Source: Selaginella moellendorffii
Lineage: Eukaryota; Plantae; Lycopodiophyta
DNA length: 64,000 bases
Direction: 5' to 3'
Assembly (NCBI RefSeq): GCF_000143415.4
Contig: NW_003314434.1
Location: 62,001-126,000 of the forward strand
The notes beneath the pieces are model-generated. The model saw only the letters and a program-made list of their open reading frames with translations, ran no database searches and was not told where the DNA came from. Below, piece by piece: positions 51,350 to 61,886 of the stretch. The position numbers and the translations under genes are program-made. The first letter of the stretch is position 1; every line of letters starts with the position of its first letter.

Positions 51350-54300
51350 CTAGAGCCTCTCTTTGACTATGAATGTACGCAGCGTGGTGCCTCCTCTTTC
51401 CATCACCTCAGTCTGCCTGTGGACTCTTCGTCCCCTTCCCTCAAGGCAAAATGCACTAGGGACATGTCTGCAGTGAGCTATCTTGATTGTGGAAATGGAT
51501 CTCCAGTCTCCATCCTAGGATGGAGAAAGCATGTAAGATTTTATATACTGTGTCTAGTTTACTCACCTGAGGCGTGTTGAAATGCCCTGACGTATCACAT
51601 GAGTCCAGAGATAAGCATCTCAGCAGTGGGAACTGCAAATAGAATATCTTAGAGATCTTTCAGCTACCCCCGCCCAGATTTAAGTACCTGATACGAAGCA
51701 TCCATTATGAAGTTCCTTGGCAGACCAGCTCCCTGCTCAAAGCAAACGAATTAAGTAAGGCATTCCCAACGTTTCCATCTTACATTATGACGTAATGTCA
51801 ACGATTGGAGTCCATACAAGCAGAGTAAGACAGCGGCACCTTCCCTTGTAGCCTCACCACAATCCTGCAAATAAGAGAAAGAGCGTCAGCTAAGACGTTG
51901 GTTCTAGATGTTAATTCAAACCTCCAGCTTAAGTTCAGAAAGTGCAGGCCAGGCTTTAGAAATTATGCTCAGAGCACCTGTTGACAATAAGAAAACTGTT
52001 ATGTGGAAGTACGAAGAAAAATAAGATTTACAGACCAGAATCAAGGCAACGGCAAGCCGTCAGTGACAGTTGACGCAGACCTTTACAAGAAGTCGCAATT
52101 GATGCAAGTTGAGCATTTGTAAGCGAAGGGCAAACATCTTCAAGCTTCAGAGAGACAAGATTGGAAGTTAAAGATTCCAAAAACTTTCCCGACAATGGCT
52201 GCAAAGTATGACGCAGTTTCAGCGTAGTCAAGAATGGTAACTTCGCTATTGCATGATTTAAGTCGTCATCTAAAAGGTCCTGCAATCATGGAGAAAACCG
52301 TAAGTAAATAGATAACGCAAACAACTGATCTTACCTGGAGAGACAGAGAAAGATGTTGTAACTGTGGACAACGACTGGGAAGCTCACGAAGAAATGTGCT
52401 GGTAATCTGTGCTCCGAGTCCCAGGTGAAGTGTTTGTAAAAAGGGAAGTTTTGCGTTTGCCAGTATGTGTGCCACACCCCACCCGGCTTTCAACCTACGA
52501 AGATCCAGTTTTTCCTCTTTCAAACCTTCATACGAAAATGCTCCTCTACAGTCTCTGAAGTTCAGACTTGTAAGTTTAAAATTTTTTCTGATTGTGTATG
52601 ATATAGCCGCTCCAGTAACCTGCATTGCTAACATTTTAAGTGATTCTTGCAAAAAACAGCTTACGCGATCCTTACCTGCGTTCCTCGTATATTTAAAGTT
52701 TCCAGAGAGGTTCCACAAGACAGAAAGAGGCCATCATCAATGAGGTTCGTGTAACAAAGCGATAGGCTTAAGAAACTGGATATTCGTGTCAGCAGACGAA
52801 CAAGAGCTCCAGCAGACAATCCTGTAGTTTTGTGAGTTGAATTTTCTTCGGTTAAACACATGAAAGAGATCAGGAAACCTGTACAGTAGGCAAGGTCCAA
52901 TACTTCCAGGTTACATTCTTGATCAGAAGCCGCCAGTAATGCACATACAGATTGAAATCCAAATGCGGTGATAGCAGCTCGGAGAAACCGCAGTTTTGGA
53001 TGGCCTTGCAAAAACTTTGCAATGCCCGAGTCACTGAGATTACTGCATCCACTTAATGAGATTGCAGATATACTTGGACACTTTTTCGATATCAAAGATA
53101 ACTCAGAATCTGTGATGCAAAGCAGATTAACGCATGGTAGCAAAAAGGAGTATACTTAGAAGACGGACCTTTGAGCTCAGTATGCCCCGTAAGATGAAGT
53201 TCGACTAAATAACGATGAGTGTCCCATGAACCTTTCTTGTACGAAGTCGTCAACAGTTTTCCAGTACAAGGCTTCTTCACGGTCGCAAGGTGGATAACGC
53301 TTAAATCTCGAGAAAAGTCCGCTACCTCAATAAAAGGGCAAGCCGAAGCCAAATGCGATAGGAAAAAAGCCGAAAATTGAGGACACTGCGACACGTTCAA
53401 CTGTTGCAGGCTTGAGCACGTCGTCTTTATCCAAAGAAATAGCTCCTCTGGTCTTACTCTCCAGCACTTACCGAGAAGCAAAATTCGAAGGCTGTTCAAA
53501 AGTGGAATACCGGATCTATCTGGTTTGTTAACTTCTTCTGATACGCTTGGAAGTTGCATTAGCTCAAATTGCGTCCTCTCTTCTTGAAGAGGATACAGGC
53601 TGACTAGGTGATTGAGGAACGGACCAGCTGCAGAAGAGTTTGAATATCGAGAAGAACTGTTCAGGAATGAATGAAGTATGTACTCTCCTTCAACTTTTAT
53701 AGGGGAACAAAGAACCGAGTCGAACAATATCACGTCTGTAACTTGCTGGCATCCAGTAAGATTTAAAATCTATCAAGAAAAGAATAAAATAAATCACAAG
53801 AAAGCACAAAAACAAATATCTGACCTTTGTGTATTGAGAAAGGCGAAGGCCCGCGGATTTTATTTCAGGAGGTTCCAAAGGAAGGTCACGATTGTGGGAG
53901 TTCAATAATGAGTTATCCGACTGAGCTGGATAGGTAGAGAAGTGTAAGAAAGAAGAAAAGACACGTATTATGGATCCACCGACCTGCTAGAAAGTCCACC
54001 GGCACCCAATGCATTCTGACCTGTCTCGGTAAATGATTTTAGAAATGAGTTCATACAGAAGGTATAATAATGTGCAACCTTGCTTATTAGCTCGAGTGCG
54101 CAATCCCTTGTTTCAAACCTACACCTGCGTAAGATAGCCTGGAAAAGGTTTCTCTCGCTGTAAAAGAGATTGTTGTTGGCCACAAGACATAGCTTTGTAA
54201 ACAACCGCACCTGGATATTGTGAGAAATGGATGGTTTACAGCAGCTTGAAAAAGTAAAAGTGGAATGTTTTCGAGGAATTCACCAGAGCCCGCATCTTCC

Positions 54301-55084
54301 TGAAGTCACTGCCGCTGGACCAAGTTACTTCCATAAAGAGAGGAAACAAAGTTAAAAGGTTTACTTACAAAGTTGATTGCGAGGTAGCGCGCGCAAGCAC
54401 TGGCAATAGTAGGGACTCCTGAATGCATACCACAGGTTTCCTTGTGATTTCAGATATTAAGAAACAAACCTGTTTCAGTGGCAACTTTCCAGAGACGAGG
54501 AACGTACTGCAAAACATCTTGGTTGTCTCGAGAACACGAGAGCATGTCAGAAGCAATCCAAACTTGACACTCAGAAATAATAGAATCGCAGCCAAAAAAT
54601 GTGGCGCCCTGCATGCAAAGAGCAAAGAGATGAAAAGAAGAAGCTATACTTGCGATGGTTTTTACCTCAAGCAAGTCTGCGACGCTGCAAGGAGCTACGT
54701 CGAGGCGCTCGAATAGAATTCCTTGCAAAATGTTGGCTAGAACTTCCAAATTCCAAGTCACAACAACGTGATCACTATGGGCCTCCCTGAAAACGAAAAG
54801 GATTAACCGAAATCCCGAGTCGAGCGATAGACAAGAACCTGAAATTGCTGAAGAGCGATCGAAAATAGCTGGATCGCTCCGATAATCTGTAGACCCTACG
54901 TTAGCAGGAGCGAATATCTCGACTCGCAAACGTACATGACCCTGGACGCACGCAAGAAAACCTTGCACTTCCTCGCGAGAAGCAGCGGAATCCAATCCTC
55001 CCTCTCCATCGCCGCAGCGTGAACCGCAGCTCCTCCCTCCTCGCAATCGCTGTCGCGGAGCTCCAAGATCACCTCGTCCTCCAT
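51350..55084 (-). CDS. BTB/POZ-BACK + leucine-rich-repeat protein (FBL11-like), multi-exon
   Basis: MEDEVILEL..; degenerate BTB (AIFDRSSAIS/EAHSDHVVVTWNLE..QGATFFGC); SERNLFQAIL; many Cys-containing LRRs (ISLSGCSNLSD, LDLAYCTG, LSLTACRCL). 3' end approximate. Confidence 0.7.
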
Positions 55085-55343
55085 CGCGAGGATGGAAACC
55101 CTGAGATTTTAGGCTACATTTTCACAGACATAGAACATTCCCGCGGAGGAATTGACGATGAATCTGGACCGTCGGATCATGGTCGGTGCCTTGTCTTGTC
55201 AGCTAACCGGCCCCAGATCTACCTGTGTGCTTGGCCATTGCAGCGAGGGCATTGGGTCTTCTTTTTCTCACACTCTCCGCGGTTAAGATTCCAGATTTGT
55301 GGAGAAGTTTCTCTTGTGTGGGAAGAACTGGCAATCGATCAGG

Positions 55344-56364
55344 ATGGCGCGGAGGTGCTCGCATTGTGGCCACAATGGCCACAACTCGAGGACGTGTCCG
55401 GATCGCGGCATCCGGTTGTTTGGCGTGAGGCTCACGATGAAGGCCACGGACGGCGCGAGCGGCGTAGCGATGCGGAGGAGCGCCAGCGCAGGGAATTTGG
55501 TGACAATGCAAGCAATCGCGACGCCGACGAGCAGCTCCGCGGTCGCGTCGGAGCAATCTGAGTCGGGCGGCGATGGCTACGCCTCGGATGGGCTCGTCCA
55601 GGCGTCGAGCTACGCGAGAGCGAGGAAGAAAGGTAAATTGCAGCCCAATTCTCGCCCATTCTCGCGATCTCTCGGCTTGGGTCGCTTCCAATCCTCCTCA
55701 ATTCACGTCGTCCACACCGCAATTGGCTGAATCTCTCTGGAAATTTTCCAGGTGTTCCGTGGAGGGAGGAAGAACACCGGCTGTTCTTGGTGGGTCTCCA
55801 CGCGCTGGGGAAAGGAGATTGGCGGGGGATCTCGAGGAATTACGTGACGAGCAGGACGCCGACGCAGGTCGCGAGCCACGCGCAGAAGTATTTCATCCGC
55901 CAGAGCAATCTCACCAAGCGCAAGCGCCGCTCCAGCTTGTTTGACATCTCCCCAGAGGTAAGAAGAAGCATCCACTTGTTCTTCCACTGACCTTGGAACA
56001 AGGACAGGCGGATTGTAATCCCCGGAGAAATCTTCGTGGCAAGCAGGCAATGGACGATGCAACGAGCTCGGATCCAAGGGAATCTCCCAGATTCCAAAGG
56101 CATCTTCCACCGCTCGCGCCCCAGGAGGAGAGCATTTCGTCATCTTCCGTGGAAAATCCGCGACAGTGGCTGTGTATATCCACGTCGCCAAATCCAGCGG
56201 CGGATAAGTTAGCGGGGCCTAAGCCCAAAACCCCTGCTAAAACCTTAGCACTGGAGGAGGAACCGGAGGACCTGACGAGGCTAAGCCTCGGCTCCGCCAA
56301 CTTAGTGGCCCCGCCTAATCTGGAGAAGCTTGCCCCCACTTCGGAGCCAATAAGCGTAGTTTAA
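55344..56364 (+). CDS. CCHC zinc-knuckle + 1R-MYB (SHAQKYF) repressor, MYBS3/KUA1/MYBH-like
   Basis: [23 protein letters not shown] repression motif, [46 protein letters not shown]. Confidence 0.92.
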
Positions 56365-56738
56365 ACCAGACCTTGAAAAACGTACATACCTTTTATTTGA
56401 CTTTTTACTGGAGAAAGGGAATACGAGCAGGAGGAGATATGGCGTATCCAAGCACGTGTTTCGTGTGCCAGGTTTAGGGCAAATATATCTATCAGAATTT
56501 ACCCTTGCATTTTGTCCAATGGATAAAGAAATATATATACGGCAGGAGAAAAGATAAAAATGCATTGCAGTTATTTTACCCCTTTTATTATCGCAGTGAG
56601 CTGGAGAGAGTTTTGGCCTAGGTCTGAAATAAAATTAGGGTTTGTGCGTGCGAGTGGAGCTCACAATCGAGGTAAGCGTGCGAGCCCGAGAGCACGGCGC
56701 CGGCGCATCGCGTGGATTACCAGGAATGCGCGTTCGAA

Positions 56739-59700
56739 ATGGAGGAGATTTCTGGCAGCAGCAGCGGCAACAGCAGCAGCAGCAGCAGCAGCAACAACGG
56801 CGGCGACGAGTGGGCGGCGAGAGGGCTGGAGAATGAGCCCCATTCCTCCATGCCCGAGTTGGAACAACAGGAGCGCCGGATCCTGAGAGGGAAAGGTCTA
56901 GCTCGCAGCTCCAGCGGCATTAGCGGCAGTGAGGACATTGGAACGAGCTCCACTGCCGCTGGCGCTGGCGAATCGCTCAGGGGGTACCAGAGCAGTGCTG
57001 CGTTGAAGGCTTGCTCGGATTCCCTGTCTCTGGGGTTTGAGTTTGGGGATGTAGATGGTTCCAGGATCGCGGCGGAGATTATCTCGGAGCTTGGGCGGGG
57101 GCTTCGCAATCAAGCCGAGGCACTGAGGATCATGGAAGAGGATACTCCTGAGACCGAGCAGCAGTGTTTTTTGCTAGCGCCTCCGGGAGCTAACAAGTCC
57201 CAGCTACACAAGCTTTCCAAGAGGACGAAGCTTGTTACTTTTGCTGCGTAAGTCTTGGTGGTTTTACCTTCCATAAATTCCTTTTGGATTTTTTATGACA
57301 CCACTGCAGGCGTAGGAAGACTCGAGAGACGCAGGCTTTTGAGCTACAGATCCAGGAGCTTCGCAGGGAGATGTCTATCGCAGAGAAGGAGGAAGAGAAA
57401 ATCGTTCCCATCGCGCCCCGGGAGGTGGAGCCAGAAGAACCTTTTGCTGGAGAGGCTAGGATGGATCTTACAGATGATTTGCTTCACAAGGTAACTTTTG
57501 TTTATTGATGTGGAGCTAGAATACCTGTTGAAACTGTGCAGGTTTTCTCTTATCTGGATGACGTCTCCTTGTGTCGTGCGGCAATAGTTTGTCGGCAATG
57601 GCGTGTCGCAAGTGCGCACGAGGACTTTTGGAAGATTTTGAATTTTGAAGGCCGACGGGTGACTCCGAAGCAAGGTGACCGCATCAATGTTGCAATTGTT
57701 TCTTACAAAATCTTCTGCAGTGAGAAACTTATGCCAAAGGTATCCCAACGCAATCGAGCTAAACCTGAAATGTAAAATTGTGGAGGATCTACTTGCGCTT
57801 GACGCAATCCGGAGCCTCAGGTGACGAGTAATTCAAGTGATTACTTTTTCATGCACTCATCCCTGTTTTTTCTTTGAATTTCAGAGCACTGCAGGTTCTT
57901 AGCTTGGGAGAGGGGTTATATGGTGATCCGTTCTTTCACGCTTTATCGGCCGAATGCGCTAGTTTGAGAACTTTGAGTATTTCAGACGCTGTCTTAGGCA
58001 GTGGAGCTTCTCAAGAGATACAGATCCGTCATGACCACTTGCTAAAACTCGATATTGTAAAATGCCGAGTTTTACGAGTTCATGTCCGGTAGGTACAGTG
58101 CTAAATGTTCAAGTTCTTGGTCCGTAACCTTATGTCTCGTTTGCAGAGGTTCACATTTGCAAGGGTTGTCTCTAAGACGCACAGGCACAGCTGCTGTAAT
58201 ACTTCACTGTCCTCGACTCTTGCGTCTTGATATATCGTCATGCCATAAGCTTTCTGATACTGGAGTGAGAGCAGCAGCGACAACCTGTCCACTTTTGTCG
58301 GAGCTGGATATATCTCATTGCTCTTATGTCAGTGATGAAACTCTGCGAGAGATTGCTATCGCGTGCTCAAACTTGAGGTCCCTTGATGCTTCAAATTGTC
58401 CTAACATTTCTCTTGAAGTAAGCATGAGAGTTGTAAGTTTGCGGATTAAATTCTGAGTCCGATTTTGCAGGGTGTTCGGATGCCAGTGCTCGTTTCTTTG
58501 ACCCTTGTCAATTGCGAAGGAATCAATTCCTCGTCTATGACGGCCATCTCTCATTGTTACATGCTCGAAGTAAGTCAAGGATGGACTTTGCACCCTGTTA
58601 ACTTTAGTCCTTCTCTTGCAGGAACTTCTTCTTGATTTTTGCTGGTTGCTGACGACGGTATCGCTAGACTTACCGCGCCTAAAGAAGATCAGTTTGACAA
58701 ACTGTCGGAAGTAAGTCCTCTTTTGTTTTATGGTCCCTTTCACTTTTTGGCATCTTTCACTTGGATCAGGTTTTCAGAGCTTGCTCTTCGTTCGCCAGCT
58801 CTGACATCGATCGATGTCACAAAGTGTCCAATGCTCAACAGAATTGATATAAGTTCGAGTAGCCTTCAGGTAAAGTGTCGGCTACGTGTTATAAATTACT
58901 TACATTCTATATACATTTTCTAACAGAAGCTAGTTCTAAATCAACAACAAAACCTGGCGACCATACTTTTGCAATGCCCATCCTTGTACGAGGTCGACTT
59001 GACAGACTGTGACTCGCTTTCGAACTCTTTATGTGAAGTCTTCAGTAATGGGGGCGGATGCCCGCGATTGAGATCACTTATCCTCGACAGCTGTGAGGTA
59101 TGTCCTTTCTGTTTCTCGAAATGGCAAGTGCACATGAGTACGCTGTGCAGGGTCTAACGGCTATAAGGTTATCGAGCTCATCGTTACTTTATTTATCTCT
59201 TGCTGGCTGCCGAACAGTTTCCTCTATCGATCTTCAGTGTCCAGAGCTTCAACGCTTGCTGTTAGATGGATGTGACCATCTCAGTCGGGCAAGCTTAAAA
59301 CCGGTATGTTTTCTTGGTTGGGTAATTGATGACTTAGATGCTGCTGTGTTGTGGCAGGTCGGATTGAGATCCTTAAATCTTGGAATCTGTCCCCACCTGA
59401 AAACACTTGTCATCAGAGCGGATCAGATGGTGGCTCTTGATCTCAGGGGGTGTGGAATTCTTCGCCAGGCGGAAATCATTTGCCCGTCTCTCCTGTCTTT
59501 AGATGCTTCGTACTGCAGGTTTGATCTGATAACACGTACGTTACTTGGTTGTTACTGATGCTGTACTGTGCAGCCAACTAGGAGATGACTGTCTTGCGGC
59601 CACGAGTAATGCATGCTCGCTTATACAGTCCCTTGTTCTGGCGTCATGTCCTTCCGTGGGACCAAGTGGTTTGCTAGCCTTGAAGCAGTTGCCGGGCTTA

Positions 59701-60676
59701 ACAGTTTTGGACCTCTCTTACACATTTTTGACCGACTTGTCTCCCATCTACGAAGCATGTCCTCAGTTGGAGGTCAGTGATTATCTTCGGAAAATTGTTG
59801 GGTGTTAAATTTTTTTCTCTCCAGGTCTTGAGGCTCTCTGCGTGTAAATACCTCGCCAACGACGCTTTGGTCGCCTTGCATGGTGGAAAACTACTTCCGG
59901 ATCTGCAAGAACTTGATCTTTCGTATGGGAGCCTTGACCGGAATGCAATCGACGGGCTGCTGTCGGAATGTCCCCACCTCAAACACGTCAGTCTCAATGG
60001 CTGCTCCAACGTGTTTGACATCGAGTGGCCGTCTGCAAGCACCGAGGAGGATACCCATATGCACGATGCTGACCGTGAAGAACAGCCAATGGAAGTTTCA
60101 GCGGAGAGGTGCTTGCAGACTTTGAACTGCGTCGGGTGCCCCAACATCAAGAGAGTTTTCATTCCGTCATCGGCTGGTTGCCTCCATCTCTCGATTCTGA
60201 ACCTCTCCTTGTCCACCAACATAAAGGAGGTACGACTGGCGTGCACGAACTTGATAGCTTTGAACTTGAGGTATGTGGATCGCATTCGCCTATCACCTTT
60301 GCCCTCTAACTTTGTGTTCTTTTAGTAACTGCCTGTCGCTCATGGATCTTAAACTGGATTGTCCCAAGCTCGTGAGCCTGTGTTTGCAGGTACTTAGTTT
60401 TCTTACGCCCAAAAAAAAAAACCTCTTTTCATCTCACCTCCTCGCTTGTAGGCATCTGGAATCGAGGAAGGCGAGCTGGAAGAAGCCATAAGAGATTGCA
60501 GTTTGCTGGAGACTTTAGACCTTCGGAACTGCCCAAAGGTGTGCCGACTTTCACTTTATTGCTCTTCTTTTCGCTAAAGCTGTTCCTTACAGATACAAAC
60601 TTCTACCCTGGTGAAAATACGAGCGATTCGTCCTGGAATAAAGCGACTCTATAACAGTTGGGGGACACCCGGCTAG
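56739..60676 (+). CDS. F-box/LRR protein 15 (SLOMO-like), multi-exon
   Basis: MDLTDDLLHK/VFSYLDDVSLCRAAIVCRQWRVASAHEDFW; CEVFSNGGGCPRLRSLILD; LSLDASYC; LTVLDLSYTFL; many Cys-LRRs; stop at 60674-60676. Confidence 0.9.
56754..56806 (+). repeat. (GCA)n microsatellite encoding poly-Ser/Asn
   Basis: GGCAGCAGCAGCGGCAACAGCAGCAGCAGCAGCAGCAGCAACAAC. Confidence 0.85.
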
Positions 60677-60855
60677 TAGCGCTGCTATTGTACAGGAAAA
60701 AGGAACAAAAGATAGCCGGCGACCAAAGATTATGAAAAGGAAAGGAGCTCCACCATCATCCAAGTGAGTGTGGATGGCTTGTTAGCATTGTTCGTGCTAA
60801 TAGCCATATAGTTTTGACAGGATATTATTGCCGGATAGCTGCCACAGTGAAAGCC

Positions 60856-61500
60856 TCAAAAGGTCCATTGTAATATCATAAATTCCCAGTATGTATGTTC
60901 AAGCTTCTTCTTCTGTCTTCTTCCGATGGTTCCTTCTGTCTTCTTACATGTGAAAGAAACATGCCGATGAGATATCAAAACTCGAAGCATGAAAACTCTA
61001 GTACCTGGAGCTCGCTAAGTTGCTGCTGCAAATAGACCTTCCGAACCAGTGGAATTTGCGAGAGGTTTTTAAGTGCAGCGAGTTCCTGTTTACAATCTAA
61101 AGACTTTAGTATGAATCACAACGCAAATTCCAACTTGCCTTTTCTAGCTCTGTGAGTTCCAGCGAGTAGGCGTTGGACACACGCGCAGAGAGTTCTTCCG
61201 CACGCTGGATAGCCTCCTTTGCGAGGTTCCCAGTCACCGCAACCAATCGCCTCGTACCCTTGGCGACTCCCTCTTCCGAGACAATAGCAAATGCCTCGGC
61301 CTGTCTAGTGTTCGAGAGGTGCGTTCCTGATAGTCGAATTTAGCGAGCTTTTTCGTTGCTAAACGATATCAACTTACCTCCGCACAGCTCCACCGAATGG
61401 GTCACGCAAGATGGATCATTAAGTTGGCGAGAAAGGAGGGAGATAAGCTCGCCAAGGCATGGATCCGCACCATCTTCTGGGTGTGCTACCGCGTCAACCT
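60856..61500 (-). pseudogene. Intron-containing alanyl-tRNA synthetase fragment (editing tRNA_SAD subdomain + linker)
   Basis: SVELCGG/THLSNTRQAEAFAIVSEEGVAKGTRRLVAVT..ELEK/ELAALKNLSQIPLVRKVYLQQQLSELQ/KTEGTIGR. The upstream frame is disrupted. Confidence 0.8.
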
Positions 61501-61746
61501 GCCAGGAAAAGGCTGCCATCTCCTTCGATGATGCCTGGGAGCTCCACCGGAAATGCACTCCCGGCCAACTCGGCCAGCTCTCTTTCATCGTCAAGCGTCA
61601 ACGCCGCGCCTGTGAGCCGATCAACAAGTTTGATGTTCTGAGAGCCTTCTCTCTAGGATTCCCCGCCGTAGCCGTCGAGGACGAGGCTGTGGCTGCAGCC
61701 ATCCTTAACTTAGTTCTCGCATAACGGTACGAGTTCATCTGTTTTA

Positions 61747-61813
61747 CATTTGTTTCATACAGCTCTTGACAATTCTCCCATTTGTTTCATACAGCTCTTG
61801 ACAACTCTCCCAT
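61747..61813. repeat. 32-bp tandem duplication
   Basis: CATTTGTTTCATACAGCTCTTGACAA(T/C)TCTCC x2. Confidence 0.9.
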
Positions 61814-61886
61814 CTTTAGAACACTACCGCTAATGGTATGGTACTTTTTATTCTTGTTTCGTTCAGCTCTAACAGTTATCGCATTT

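Noticed and set aside
61500-61738. Putative start and AlaRS N-terminus for a stand-alone editing (AlaX-like) protein
   Set aside because: An in-frame TGA follows the ATG at 61738, and the exon before ELCGG looks frameshift-degraded, so an intact gene is not supported.
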